Of a DNA stretch of 64,000 nt, positions 48,499 through 59,159 are shown piece by piece (within the stretch, counting starts at the first letter, position 1; every line of letters begins with the position of its first letter). A program made the position numbers and the translations under genes. Location of the stretch: positions 62,001 to 126,000 of IMG/VR virus record IMGVR_UViG_3300030019_000003. The stretch is one strand, 5' to 3'. The notes under the pieces are model-generated. The model worked only from the letters and a program-made list of their open reading frames with translations, was not told where the DNA came from and did not search any database.

Positions 48499-48954
48499 AT
48501 GAGAATACAAAAAAGGGTATATGACATAGTAGATTACGGCGCGATGCTAACTTTTGTAGTGGCGCTAGTAAGTTACGTCATATCTATAGATATTGATGTA
48601 TACACCTATTGGAATGCCGATAGTGTAACATCAAATTTAATGGCAGTGATGTTTTACTTTAATAAAGCGTATATTGCAACAAGCATACTTTGTTTTGTCT
48701 TTCTCTCCGTAGTTTATTTTGACGAACTGGGGTTTAGGGCTTATCTACTTAACAGTGCGTGTCTAATGTTGGTAATTATGGCGTTCTGGTTTTTGCATAT
48801 GTACTGCATTACATATCTTTTATACGGTATACACCCAGAGGTGTATGCTCAGAGTAGTTTATTATTCGCAGGCTCAGTATTGTTTATTTTCTTTAGCGTT
48901 GCTATTTTATTTAAGGTGCTAGTTGAAGTTATTAATATTTTTAAAAATACATAA
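48499..48954 (+). CDS. Membrane protein (about 4 TM)
   Basis: Hydrophobic segments. Confidence 0.6.
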   Translation: MRIQKRVYDIVDYGAMLTFVVALVSYVISIDIDVYTYWNADSVTSNLMAVMFYFNKAYIATSILCFVFLSVVYFDELGFRAYLLNSACLMLVIMAFWFLHMYCITYLLYGIHPEVYAQSSLLFAGSVLFIFFSVAILFKVLVEVINIFKNT

Positions 48955-48971
48955 TAGTCTGAGGAGTCTCT

Positions 48972-49289
48972 ATGCCAGAAAATAAAAGATACCCTTATAT
49001 CAATAAGGACTTTAAATACAGTCTTGAACAGCCGGCCCAAGTTGAAAGTTTCGTAAAAATAGCCACTATAAAATGTGATAGTTGCAAGACTATCGCTACT
49101 GTAACGGTATGTTACCATGATTTTGGAGCTGATGATGATGCCGATAATCTAGATACATATTGTTCTAAATGCGGTAAATACTGGAAAAAGTATGATAGGC
49201 TTTTAGAGTCCGAAATTCTTTCAGAAGTTTTCAAATGGTATGTCGGTAAGAAACCGTTACCTAAACCAGAAATAGGGTACATAAAATGA
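48972..49289 (+). CDS. Zinc-ribbon protein
   Basis: CDSC...CSKC; GAGGAG SD. Confidence 0.6.
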   Translation: MPENKRYPYINKDFKYSLEQPAQVESFVKIATIKCDSCKTIATVTVCYHDFGADDDADNLDTYCSKCGKYWKKYDRLLESEILSEVFKWYVGKKPLPKPEIGYIK

Positions 49290-49398
49290 TTAATGTCTTA
49301 AAAATGTTCATATTAGCCTGGCTAGTTCTAGATATATTCATCACTCTTGTAAAACATTTTAAATTAGTTTAGTATTATAAATAAATAGAGGAGCAATC

Positions 49399-50226
49399 GT
49401 GTTAAAATATAACGATCTGAAAGATAGACCGGCAATAGTGTTTAGCGTAATAAACGCGGTCACTTATGAAGCTGTACTTGTTGTTGACACCGGAGGGGAT
49501 ATTTTATATATTATTAACAGGACAATTAAGAAGATTGCCGGTATATATAAGTTACCATCTGGTCGTCAACCTTACTCTGGAACATTTGATCCGGCATATA
49601 CAGGAGAAGATCTTTTTAATATTCTTGTTAAACTTCAAAATGATAAAGATTTTAAAGAAAGTCTATTATGTAGTGAAAACGCCAAAGATAAACTTGCAAA
49701 GTATCAAAGTATTGATAGGCTATCTAGAGCAAAAAGAAAAGTTCTTAATGAAATTATTAAGGTAAACTTCTTATCAGTATGGCGTGCCTGTTCTGGTATA
49801 GATTCTGATAAAATTCCCAAAGACGGCATAGCCTCGGGGATCACTGCCTATTTTGTAAAGAATATTATGTTACCTACAATAGACGGTTCTAATTGTTTAT
49901 TAATATCTAATAATGATACGGTATTTGTACCTAAAGCCAACAGTGTACTTAAACAAGATGGTAAGATCTATACATATGTCGATATTATTTTTAAACATAA
50001 CGGATGTGACATTAAAGAACTTGAGCAAAGTGATGTGAGTACTTATAATGTAAGAGATAATTTTGAAGATCCTGCAAACAAAAAGCTCACACATTACTAC
50101 GTCACAAATAATGGTATTAATAGTGCACGACTTACTTTAGAGTTAGTATCTATTAAAGAATCGGCATGCGTTAAATTCAGGGTACTTGGTCAGTTATTTA
50201 AATTTAACTTTGTTATCGAACACTAA
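49399..50226 (+). CDS. Hypothetical protein
   Basis: GTG after GAGGAG. Confidence 0.6.
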   Translation: MLKYNDLKDRPAIVFSVINAVTYEAVLVVDTGGDILYIINRTIKKIAGIYKLPSGRQPYSGTFDPAYTGEDLFNILVKLQNDKDFKESLLCSENAKDKLAKYQSIDRLSRAKRKVLNEIIKVNFLSVWRACSGIDSDKIPKDGIASGITAYFVKNIMLPTIDGSNCLLISNNDTVFVPKANSVLKQDGKIYTYVDIIFKHNGCDIKELEQSDVSTYNVRDNFEDPANKKLTHYYVTNNGINSARLTLELVSIKESACVKFRVLGQLFKFNFVIEH

Positions 50227-50237
50227 AAGGAGTAGTT

Positions 50238-50915
50238 ATGAGGTTTGCTACATATGTTTGGAATAAATTATTTAATAGCAAAGAGGATAATCCTGTTAAA
50301 GAGATTAAGAAAGATTATCCTCTTTACGCTATTGATAAACTTATTCGAGCTTGTAACCAATCAGTAATAGACGCGCTGCTACCATTAGCAGATATTGGTA
50401 AGTATCTTGGTTTTCCAGAAGGTGTTCCTAACGATGAAGCTGACATAGTACTTAAACTTAATGATACCGAGTATTTATATCTATATTCTATCGTATGTGA
50501 AGAGGATATTCTATTCTGTACTTTTGAGTATACAGATAAAGGAGATGTAGAAATATACCCTTATAAAAGTGTTAATCAGTTCATGCGACTAAGCGATTGC
50601 TTCTATACAAGGGGACTGTTAAATGTGATTATCAGTACACTCCAAAGAGTAGCAAGTGACAGAATATATAACTGCCCTTATGTGATTGTTGGGGTATGCG
50701 ATAATGCTTATATACTTGGTGCCGAAGCAACCTTTGAAAACTATGTTCTTCCTAAATGGATCGTTGAGGATAAGACTCAACTTAAAGATTTTTTAGGATT
50801 AAAGAGCTCTGCAGATATGGTAGTTACTAATGTATACGCCGAGGTTAAAGATTATGTCAGGGATGCAGTTATAAAAAATAAGGATCCGAAGACATTATTC
50901 AGATTACCATATTAA
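50238..50915 (+). CDS. Hypothetical protein
   Basis: AAGGAG SD. Confidence 0.6.
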   Translation: MRFATYVWNKLFNSKEDNPVKEIKKDYPLYAIDKLIRACNQSVIDALLPLADIGKYLGFPEGVPNDEADIVLKLNDTEYLYLYSIVCEEDILFCTFEYTDKGDVEIYPYKSVNQFMRLSDCFYTRGLLNVIISTLQRVASDRIYNCPYVIVGVCDNAYILGAEATFENYVLPKWIVEDKTQLKDFLGLKSSADMVVTNVYAEVKDYVRDAVIKNKDPKTLFRLPY

Positions 50916-50947
50916 AAAAAAAAACAACTACAAAAAAAGGATAAATA

Positions 50948-52360
50948 ATGAAAACAGCGATTTCACTATTTGCAATTAACACAATGAGTGCCGTCTATCT
51001 TGGTAAAGGTAAACTGGCATCGGCCAACATTGAAACAGGGATTATATGGGATTTATTATTTACGACCAAGAAATATCTTCTTGATTTAGACATTAGTTTA
51101 GGAACGTCCGAACATCTTAACTTTTACACATCACGTGATTATTTCGCGTGGGTTAAAAAACTTAAAAAATCAGATGAAAGTGCCGAAAAAGAGCCTGTCT
51201 TACATGCGAGTTTTGATGTGGATGTTGAAAAAGGTGTTCTTGTTATTACCGGTGATGTCAAGCTTATGATATCTACTAGCTTTACACCCGAAGAAAATTT
51301 TGAGACATGTGGTATGACAACGACTATCGGTGATTTAAAAAGAGACTTAAAGATTTTATTAAAAAATTATGATATGGGTAATTTTGAAAAAGCTGATACT
51401 AAACAAGTGAAGCCTAACTACAACGTCGGGGATACTGTAACAGTTGCTGAGGATCGTAATCCATATATAGATGATGTGACGGAAACAGCGATGCTTAAAT
51501 TTACTGGTAAAAAAATGGTAATTGATACGATCGATATCGTAGGCGGAGGTCTTATTCGTTACTTTTGTACTGATGAGAATTCTGTTTCTCCAATGCTTGG
51601 TAGTAGAAGGCTTGCGTTTTTTGATTCAGATTTAGTTTCATATCATGATCAAGATACAACAAAAAAATGTGATACATTAGCAGCGTATCTAAAGGAACTT
51701 AAACTACTAAATGTGGCAAAACCTTTCATTTTAAAACTTGTAAATGACGTGTACGACGTAGACTATGTTAAAAATTGTGAAGATGGTTTCAAATGGTTAG
51801 TAGCAGGTAATCTAGTTACCGCTACACATCCCACTATAACAGATGTGTATAATTTAAAATTCTCTTTTGAGGATAATAATATATCAGGAACAGTCTCAAT
51901 CTATGACGGGGTTGAACTTTTAGAAATTTTAAAATATGGGGGTAGTCTGTCCGATTTTAAATTCGCCTTTCAGGAATTTACTTTTAGTATTAGTAAAGAA
52001 AAGACGCTTCCTGAGACAGTAACCAATGCCGAGCTTATAGCTGAAAAATTCACACCTGTTTATAGTATTTTAGCTATGGCTCAGGCTTTTAATGTTAATG
52101 GGTATACTAGTACTAATTTTCAACTTATGTCATTATCAGAGATTATCGATATAACAGATAACTTTTCTAATAATGAGAATCCGGCTATTTTAAATATACA
52201 TAATCCAGATAGAGAGCACATGGAACTGGATGAAGCTTTTGATGTGGAAGATTTTATAAAAACACCGCGAAGAAACGATACCTTTATGAGTATTGAGGGT
52301 ATTCATGGTCCTGTGAATCTTAGACTAATTTTTAGGAATAAAGATGTCAATATATCATGA
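50948..52360 (+). CDS. Hypothetical protein with internal SH3/KOW-like segment
   Basis: YNVGDTVTV...MLKFTGKKMVIDTI...Y. Confidence 0.6.
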   Translation: MKTAISLFAINTMSAVYLGKGKLASANIETGIIWDLLFTTKKYLLDLDISLGTSEHLNFYTSRDYFAWVKKLKKSDESAEKEPVLHASFDVDVEKGVLVITGDVKLMISTSFTPEENFETCGMTTTIGDLKRDLKILLKNYDMGNFEKADTKQVKPNYNVGDTVTVAEDRNPYIDDVTETAMLKFTGKKMVIDTIDIVGGGLIRYFCTDENSVSPMLGSRRLAFFDSDLVSYHDQDTTKKCDTLAAYLKELKLLNVAKPFILKLVNDVYDVDYVKNCEDGFKWLVAGNLVTATHPTITDVYNLKFSFEDNNISGTVSIYDGVELLEILKYGGSLSDFKFAFQEFTFSISKEKTLPETVTNAELIAEKFTPVYSILAMAQAFNVNGYTSTNFQLMSLSEIIDITDNFSNNENPAILNIHNPDREHMELDEAFDVEDFIKTPRRNDTFMSIEGIHGPVNLRLIFRNKDVNIS

Positions 52361-52826
52361 GTGTAGATTTAAAGAAGTTAAACTAGATCTTTCTGAAAGA
52401 CCTGACATCATCAGTTGGTTAGTCTATTCTGAGAATGCCAGACTAGGTGTAGAGTGCGCTATAGAACTTCCGCCAGAAATCACACCTGGTAGTATATGTA
52501 ATGAGTTGTTTCATCAATGTATAACAACCGATTCTGACGATACTCTAACATTGGATATATCCAATGTTAGAGAAGTTCTTATAGATTACACACTAGGTAA
52601 TGCTAATAAGGATAATGATATTGAGGAAGTTGTTCTTTTATTAAGTCAGTACATTATCTCTGGAAAGATTATTCTAAGCTATGATGGTATTTATCGTAAT
52701 TTTGATTTAGAGGCTATTAAAATGGATCACGATATACTTACTAAAGATGATCTTTATAAGTATACTACATATAGAGGTAGCTGCGGGAAAAATGAGCCTG
52801 AAGAGGATTTTTACTATTATTATTAA
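52344..52826 (+). CDS. Hypothetical acidic protein
   Basis: 160-aa ORF. Confidence 0.55.
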   Translation: MSIYHECRFKEVKLDLSERPDIISWLVYSENARLGVECAIELPPEITPGSICNELFHQCITTDSDDTLTLDISNVREVLIDYTLGNANKDNDIEEVVLLLSQYIISGKIILSYDGIYRNFDLEAIKMDHDILTKDDLYKYTTYRGSCGKNEPEEDFYYYY

Positions 52827-52844
52827 ATATACCGTGGAGGTAAC

Positions 52845-53522
52845 ATGTCGTTATTTATTTGTAGCAAATGCAAGGCTATTGAGAATACTGCATTAGTATT
52901 AGCAAGCTTAGAAAATGAAAAAGATTTTCCTATGCCAGAAGATGAACCTGAAAAAGGTATTCATATTCGTAGTAAGGGTAATCTAAGACAACTTTATAGA
53001 ACAGATAGGCATCCTTGTTATGCTCTTATGGATATGCAGGGTTTTGGATGTATTGATCATGTTGAAATGTTGTGTTGTGAATGTAACACAGGTAAGCATC
53101 ACAATGAATTTCCAAGAACTATTGCTAATGAAGATGAACTTAAGTTAGCAACCTATTCTAAATATAATTTGATAACTCCTTTCGATCATGTTGACGGAAC
53201 AATCATAAGTGATGACGCTGCCCGTTTTGGATATCGAGCACCTACAGAAGAAGAAGAAAAAAACAGATCTAAAAAAGGTAAAGCTCTTTTAGCTGAAATG
53301 GCGGGTTTAGCAGCAGGGCTAGGCGGGTCAGACATATTTGCAGGTAGTAAATACTTTAGAGATAAACCAGATAGGTTTGCAGATCAAACTGAGCTTGAAA
53401 AGAAAAAAGCGCTTATGAAAGCGGATCTTAAAAGACAGATTAAAGAACTTAAACGTTCTGGCGAAGATCCTGTAAAACTTAGTAATTTTATTTCAATGTA
53501 TAATAAATTTAAGGAGAAGTAA
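52845..53522 (+). CDS. Cys-rich (zinc-binding) hypothetical protein
   Basis: CSKCxxxENTA...LCCEC..GKHHNEFP; GGAGG SD. Confidence 0.6.
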   Translation: MSLFICSKCKAIENTALVLASLENEKDFPMPEDEPEKGIHIRSKGNLRQLYRTDRHPCYALMDMQGFGCIDHVEMLCCECNTGKHHNEFPRTIANEDELKLATYSKYNLITPFDHVDGTIISDDAARFGYRAPTEEEEKNRSKKGKALLAEMAGLAAGLGGSDIFAGSKYFRDKPDRFADQTELEKKKALMKADLKRQIKELKRSGEDPVKLSNFISMYNKFKEK

Positions 53523-53527
53523 TGCGT

Positions 53528-53537
53528 GATATATTAT
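53528..53537 (+). promoter_or_regulatory. Putative phage early promoter motif
   Basis: GATATATTAT. Confidence 0.5.
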
Positions 53538-53609
53538 AAAAAGCCCTTACATGCGATAAAGCTATTCTTGGATTAATTATTAATTGATTTAACTGGTAAA
53601 GAGGGTGAG

Positions 53610-53873
53610 ATGACGTTTTCAAGAGATAGTGATGTAAGAGTTCCTAATAAGGAATACCTAGAAAACATGGTAGACGATGTCGAAGGATCTATTAAGAAAC
53701 TTTGTAAAGTTGTAGGGAGTAATTTTGAATTAACCCAAACAATAGATAGGTTACAGTTTGATCTTAAGAATGTTTTTCTAGGTCTTAACTTATGTCTTCC
53801 AAGAGATAAACTTAGAGCGAAAGAAGCTATAGAGGATATTGCTATCCGTGTTGCAAGTGTTATAAGAAAATAA
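53610..53873 (+). CDS. Hypothetical protein
   Basis: GAGGG SD. Confidence 0.55.
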   Translation: MTFSRDSDVRVPNKEYLENMVDDVEGSIKKLCKVVGSNFELTQTIDRLQFDLKNVFLGLNLCLPRDKLRAKEAIEDIAIRVASVIRK

Positions 53874-53931
53874 GGTATACTGGTTAACCCACACGGGTTA
53901 ACCAGTATACCTAGTAGTCATTTATTTTTTT
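53873..53931 (+). terminator. 18-bp stem-loop plus T-tract
   Basis: AGGTATACTGGTTAACCC-ACAC-GGGTTAACCAGTATACCT. Confidence 0.8.
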
Positions 53932-53974
53932 AAGAATAGATTCTTAAATAGAATATATTAAACATTAAGGATCA

Positions 53975-54583
53975 ATGATGTCAACAATTATACGCGTAAT
54001 TACTCGCTTTCCTAAGATCTTAGAAGGATATCAAACTACTAGCTACGATAAAGCATCAAACTGTGAATATGCTAGTTTGTTAGTTGTTTTAAAACATGTT
54101 GTAGAAATAAAACCACTTCCGGTATCAGAGAAAGATTGTTACTATCTGCGAGAAGGTGAAATCGAGAAAATAAAAGGTGATAGGTTAGGGTTAGAATACC
54201 ACCCCAACGATAAACCGAATATTGATAAGTTTTTGAATTTTTATACCAACAACTTCATTATGTCTCCGGATAGCGGCAAACCACTGGTTTGTGAAAACAC
54301 GGCACTCTATAAGGGCGACCCTAAAGATTTGGTACTTAATGAGTATGGTCTTTTATCGCCAGAGTTTTATACATTCGATCTCATCACACTGCTCACTGAT
54401 GATAAACAACAGCTCGTGCGTTGTTGTAAACACTTTAACTGCACACCACTTTACATTAAACTGTTGGGCGAGCCTTTTCCTAAATTAGAGTTTACAGGGG
54501 TGCGCAAGTTTAATACCGCCATACTAGCTGAAGCAGAAGGGATCTTATCTAAGATATTAAACCTAGAATCTACTGGAGAATAA
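53975..54583 (+). CDS. Hypothetical protein
   Basis: AAGGA SD. Confidence 0.6.
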   Translation: MMSTIIRVITRFPKILEGYQTTSYDKASNCEYASLLVVLKHVVEIKPLPVSEKDCYYLREGEIEKIKGDRLGLEYHPNDKPNIDKFLNFYTNNFIMSPDSGKPLVCENTALYKGDPKDLVLNEYGLLSPEFYTFDLITLLTDDKQQLVRCCKHFNCTPLYIKLLGEPFPKLEFTGVRKFNTAILAEAEGILSKILNLESTGE

Positions 54584-54714
54584 AATGGCTAATAAAAAAA
54601 GAATCATTTATGTTGATTATCTTTATACTGAGTATGCAATTCTTGATAAAAAGAAATATGATATTCGGCTTATAAACCAAGATTAGTAAAATCTATATAG
54701 TGTAAATAACATTA

Positions 54715-54746
54715 TTACAAGTAACCGTTATAACGGTTACTTGTAA
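54715..54746. terminator. Perfect 32-bp palindrome
   Basis: TTACAAGTAACCGTTA|TAACGGTTACTTGTAA, followed by promoter-like AACATATTAT at 54758. Confidence 0.65.
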
Positions 54747-54802
54747 CTACATTTAACAACATATTATTTATATATGTATATAATAAAACCAAGGAGTAAA
54801 CC

Positions 54803-55111
54803 ATGAGTACTGTTTTAGAAAAGTTGACCAAAAAGGTTATTAAAAGCACCGGTAATAAAAACTTAAAAGTTACATTTGAAAATGATACACTCTATGTTGA
54901 TAACTTTGTAACATCGGAATGTGTGTTTGAGGGTATGAGAGTAGATACTATTACTATGGAATCTACAGGTAAACTTAAAGATATAGGTTTAACATCTAAA
55001 GATTTAGCACTAGTAGGTCTTCCACCTATTCTAGATGACACCATTCTTGAAGAGTTAGTGTTGAAAGATTCGTTTGAAATTGAAGGTACTCTTGAAGTGC
55101 CTGAAGATTAA
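54803..55111 (+). CDS. Hypothetical protein
   Basis: AAGGAG SD. Confidence 0.6.
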   Translation: MSTVLEKLTKKVIKSTGNKNLKVTFENDTLYVDNFVTSECVFEGMRVDTITMESTGKLKDIGLTSKDLALVGLPPILDDTILEELVLKDSFEIEGTLEVPED

Positions 55112-55125
55112 GAAAAGGACATAGT

Positions 55126-55539
55126 GTGAATGCGAATAAAGAGAAAGTTCTTAATGAAATTATTAAAGAAATGATGGAAAAATCAGAATATGAAATTATG
55201 GGTACTAGGACGTTGATTAACAAATTAATCAACGTCTTTAGAAAGATTGCCGACAATAGTATAGCTATTTTTGATATTCCAGTTGTACTTCAAGATTTAG
55301 AAGTGTCTATGCTCATACGGTATGAAGATCAAGATGAAAATGAAACATACTTAAGAGTGGATGAAGTTGTATACACTATAGGTTTGAAAGATGCAGAAAG
55401 TGACAAAGCCCAGATTATCCTACAGGGAAATGGTCTACTACCAGAACTATTTGAAGTTTCATATCATGAAGCTATAAAAAAGACCAAAGTAAATGACAAA
55501 GTATATCCACCTTATGGTAATTACACTATTTTAAATTAA
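55126..55539 (+). CDS. Hypothetical protein
   Basis: GTG after AAAGGA. Confidence 0.55.
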   Translation: MNANKEKVLNEIIKEMMEKSEYEIMGTRTLINKLINVFRKIADNSIAIFDIPVVLQDLEVSMLIRYEDQDENETYLRVDEVVYTIGLKDAESDKAQIILQGNGLLPELFEVSYHEAIKKTKVNDKVYPPYGNYTILN

Positions 55540-55551
55540 GAGGATAACAAA

Positions 55552-56490
55552 ATGCAAGATAACTTTGTATTACAGGTTACGCTGTTAAAAGATGGCGAGT
55601 TATTATACGATGAAGATATCCACGCCACGGTGCTGCATGGATTAGTCTTTGCCGGGATAGGCTGCGATACCTCTATTAACAAAAGTGTTTCAGAGTCGGC
55701 TATTATAATCGATCTAGACAAAAAAGGAAACTTTAAGTACAAAGGCGTACTTAATGGTGTAGCATATACTGTGCCTTCAATGTTCCTTAATGCAGCTAAT
55801 TTGGCTATGGCTGTTAATAGGCATATGCTAAAAATAAATGATGTAAACTATCTTATGAACGATTTGTACGTACTTAATTTGTATGGTAAAATGAAATACG
55901 GTTTTTCAGATACTAAGAATAGGTCGGGTGAAAACAGTGTTATTATAACACCGTTCTTTTCATGTGTTTATAATATTAGTTCAGCTAAAAATCTTGGTAA
56001 AGTTTTAGCGGTAGCGTCACATTATGCTAGTGTTAATATAGGCGAAGCGCATGGTATTAAAAACGCTTTAATAACCACAAACAGTATAAAATCTGATTGG
56101 TCGCATGCGGACATTTCTAAAAATAAAAACTTCATTATTATTAAAAAACACATTAAGACTGTGATAGATCCGATGGCTACCATCTATAAATTTAAATTTA
56201 GAATGTATAGCCTGTCACTGTCTGACATAACTGCCACAGTACGTTACACGTCTGATAAAAAATATATCATGGAGACTATCACGATAGGTGTTTCTAGCAA
56301 TATCGATACTTATAGCAAAATCCATAATTTTGTTAATAATAATATTGAAGAAAGATATATAGGTTTTTTAAATGGTGTTATAAAATCTATTGCCGGTGAA
56401 ACAAAAATATTAGGCGGTATTAAAAACAAATTTATAAAAGGGTTAGATCAAGTTATAGAAGAGTATAGTACTTTTACGAAATTTAAATAA
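55552..56490 (+). CDS. Hypothetical protein (tandem paralog of 56502)
   Basis: YGFSDTKNRS...FSCVYNISSAK...HYAS. Confidence 0.6.
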   Translation: MQDNFVLQVTLLKDGELLYDEDIHATVLHGLVFAGIGCDTSINKSVSESAIIIDLDKKGNFKYKGVLNGVAYTVPSMFLNAANLAMAVNRHMLKINDVNYLMNDLYVLNLYGKMKYGFSDTKNRSGENSVIITPFFSCVYNISSAKNLGKVLAVASHYASVNIGEAHGIKNALITTNSIKSDWSHADISKNKNFIIIKKHIKTVIDPMATIYKFKFRMYSLSLSDITATVRYTSDKKYIMETITIGVSSNIDTYSKIHNFVNNNIEERYIGFLNGVIKSIAGETKILGGIKNKFIKGLDQVIEEYSTFTKFK

Positions 56491-56501
56491 AGGAAATTCC
56501 T

Positions 56502-57437
56502 ATGATGTATTTGATAATAAGGAATCTAGATAACGATGATAAAAGCCGTGAAGAGTCAGTGGTAGCTACAATACAAGCAGCTGTGGCTACTATAGGTCTT
56601 AAAGAATTGACAGTATCAGATAATTTTGGCTTACTCAAGACAGAAAAAAACTTCATTTATATTTTATACGAAAAAAGTAGTTGTCTTGTTATAAATGTTT
56701 GTATTGGCGGTGTTCTTTCTAGGCAAAAAGGTTGTGAATTGACAGAACTAAATCTTTCTCGTAAACTATCTTTTGCCTTGTCCGATAGTGTTTCTCGTAA
56801 TAAGAAAGGGCTAGATGGTCTAAACCTATTAATAGAAGATAAACATTTTTTTCCAGGTGTAATATTATTATTACCTTATGGTTTTAAGGATCGTAAGTCT
56901 AAAACACCGGACACCATAGAGTTGACAGTCGTTACAAAACATTTCAGGGCAACCTATAGTGTGAGTACTGGGAAAGCATATAAAGAGATCATGTTACACT
57001 ATTCAAATTTGTTAACAAATGAATTTTCTCTTGATCTAGGTATTAAAACTTTTAAGATAGTTCCAAGTGGTATATCATATGATTTTGCTTTTTATACAGA
57101 TACGCCTAACAGCATACGTTTTATGTTAGAAGTAGTTACCACTACAGGAACATCGGAAGATGGTTCATTAACGTCAATATGGTTTGAGCCTGGTCGTTTA
57201 CTATTCGACATAGGTGAATCCAACGGTGAATCTTATCTTGTTGGCGAGTATTATCCGGGTAGAGTTTTACCAGGTGAGACAACTTATAAAATGTTTGCAG
57301 AGGGTTTTGTAAACTTTGCAATACGGGTGCGTAACCATATCGTAACCGAAGCTAACATTCTTGACAATGTTAAGAAACAGTTGTTAGATATATTAGATAT
57401 GGAAATAGAACGTGTTAAGGGGTTTAATAACTTATAA
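56502..57437 (+). CDS. Hypothetical protein (tandem paralog of 55552)
   Basis: YGFKDRKSKT...FRATYSVSTGK...HYSN; 311 versus 312 aa. Confidence 0.6.
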   Translation: MMYLIIRNLDNDDKSREESVVATIQAAVATIGLKELTVSDNFGLLKTEKNFIYILYEKSSCLVINVCIGGVLSRQKGCELTELNLSRKLSFALSDSVSRNKKGLDGLNLLIEDKHFFPGVILLLPYGFKDRKSKTPDTIELTVVTKHFRATYSVSTGKAYKEIMLHYSNLLTNEFSLDLGIKTFKIVPSGISYDFAFYTDTPNSIRFMLEVVTTTGTSEDGSLTSIWFEPGRLLFDIGESNGESYLVGEYYPGRVLPGETTYKMFAEGFVNFAIRVRNHIVTEANILDNVKKQLLDILDMEIERVKGFNNL

Positions 57438-57447
57438 AGGACTAATA

Positions 57448-57765
57448 ATGAGAGTTGGTTATGTTGTATCTGAAAAAATAGTAAAGCATGGTATGTATAT
57501 TATGTTTTACGATAAAGACAGTATTGAGGCTGCTATGCGGTTCTTGAAAAATAATTTAAAACATTTGGAGTACCTGTATAGATTTTACCGTAAACGTGAA
57601 ATAAAGAGTGGGTATTTTTCAAAAAGAGTTATTGTTGACCCGCCGCTATCTGAGTGTGCTTACGTGCTTACGTGTTATAAATGCACTTATCGTGTCCAAG
57701 TGCTTATTACATACATTAAAGAGAACTTCACGAATAATAAAGGGGCCAGACGTGGAAAAAACTAA
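57448..57765 (+). CDS. Hypothetical basic protein
   Basis: ATG 57448 after AAAGGA. Confidence 0.5.
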   Translation: MRVGYVVSEKIVKHGMYIMFYDKDSIEAAMRFLKNNLKHLEYLYRFYRKREIKSGYFSKRVIVDPPLSECAYVLTCYKCTYRVQVLITYIKENFTNNKGARRGKN

Positions 57766-58465
57766 TAATAATAATAATAAGCCGGTGTCGGCTATTACAT
57801 TAGTCACACCAGCTGTTTTTGAGCAATACCATGTAGATATTGATTATGTTGCAGCATCTAAGGCTATTAACAAACATTTAGAAGAGGGTGTTATACCTTA
57901 TGACATGTCAAAAATTTATGGTAGTGAACTAGCTACGGATGGAGCCATCGGGCAACGCCGATCGCCATCGTTTTCTGACATGTGCCATAATTCAGTACTA
58001 GAAGGGATGAACGAGGTTAAATTTGATTTTGAACTTGATTACAAAGATATGGTCGAGACAGGAATTGAATTTTATAAGTTATTTTTTAAAAGAAAAGTAG
58101 CGCTTGCAATAAAAGCTGAAAGTGATTCTCTAGAAGTAATAGAGGTTTTTCCTAAAGAAGAAATACCTTATGTTATCGTGGCTAATAAGCATGTTCCGTT
58201 TACAAAAAATAGTAAATATTTGCTAGATAGGGATAAACATGCTAGGGGTAAATTTATTGTTATATCAAACGTATTATATACAAATCACTTCTTATGGTAT
58301 TGTGTGTTTACTAAAATTGGTAAACAATATTTTGCGATACTTCTTCCACCGGAGATAGATACGCATGTTAGTGATAACTTTCCAGCTGAGTTTGGATGGG
58401 ATATACTTTCGACGCAGATAACTATTAGTAATTATAATAGAGCAAAGGATAAAAAAGATGACTAA
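57752..58465 (+). CDS. Hypothetical protein
   Basis: GTG 57752 after AAGGGG preferred over the upstream ORF-track start. Confidence 0.6.
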   Translation: MEKTNNNNNKPVSAITLVTPAVFEQYHVDIDYVAASKAINKHLEEGVIPYDMSKIYGSELATDGAIGQRRSPSFSDMCHNSVLEGMNEVKFDFELDYKDMVETGIEFYKLFFKRKVALAIKAESDSLEVIEVFPKEEIPYVIVANKHVPFTKNSKYLLDRDKHARGKFIVISNVLYTNHFLWYCVFTKIGKQYFAILLPPEIDTHVSDNFPAEFGWDILSTQITISNYNRAKDKKDD

Positions 58466-59159
58466 AACTCAAAAAGATTTGTTCGTAGGCAAAACCATTA
58501 AAGACATAACAAACATTGGACATCACGGGTATAGTAAATTAAAAATAGAATTTACAGATGGTACCATTGTTGTATTGACACCAGAGGGTGATGAAATTTG
58601 TGGGTATGCTGGACTTTACTCTGAAAAAAGTAATTGTAGTCTACTTAGAGATGATGTGGAATATACTGCTGATACTAATTGGTTTGAAAACAATGACCTA
58701 GTTACTAGACCATTGCCTGTGATCGTTATTAAAAATAAGGACGATCTAAACAATTTTATTAATCAGAGTATTAGACATAGTCAATATGATCCTGCGGAAT
58801 GGCCAATAACACCATTTAATGTATTCGATACAGCGAGTGGTGGGTTATATGTTATAGCCGATACGATAGTTAACAAAATTAATAAACATATTGTTACTGA
58901 TTTGGTAATAATATTACATATTCGTTGTTCTGTATGTGGTGGCGATGTACCTGTCAGTTTTGAAATTGGCAATGGAATTGGTACTCCTGTGCCTACTAAA
59001 TGTTGCTGTTCAAAATGTGGTGCAGATCTTGGTGATAAGACAAATGCTGCTATTTGGTTAGGTATATCACCTATAAAACCATTCTTTAACTACATACTCA
59101 CAGATCCAGAGGATGTTAAGGAATTCAAAAACATGTTAGAAACATGGAAAGAAGCATAA
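58458..59159 (+). CDS. Hypothetical protein with C-terminal zinc ribbon
   Basis: CSVCGG...CSKCGADL. Confidence 0.6.
   Translation: MTKTQKDLFVGKTIKDITNIGHHGYSKLKIEFTDGTIVVLTPEGDEICGYAGLYSEKSNCSLLRDDVEYTADTNWFENNDLVTRPLPVIVIKNKDDLNNFINQSIRHSQYDPAEWPITPFNVFDTASGGLYVIADTIVNKINKHIVTDLVIILHIRCSVCGGDVPVSFEIGNGIGTPVPTKCCCSKCGADLGDKTNAAIWLGISPIKPFFNYILTDPEDVKEFKNMLETWKEA

Noticed and set aside
27985-57780. (AAT)n microsatellites (about 27985 and 57764) and an A11 run (32517) as phase-variation switches
   Set aside because: Triplet repeats do not shift frame, and such runs are expected in an AT-rich genome
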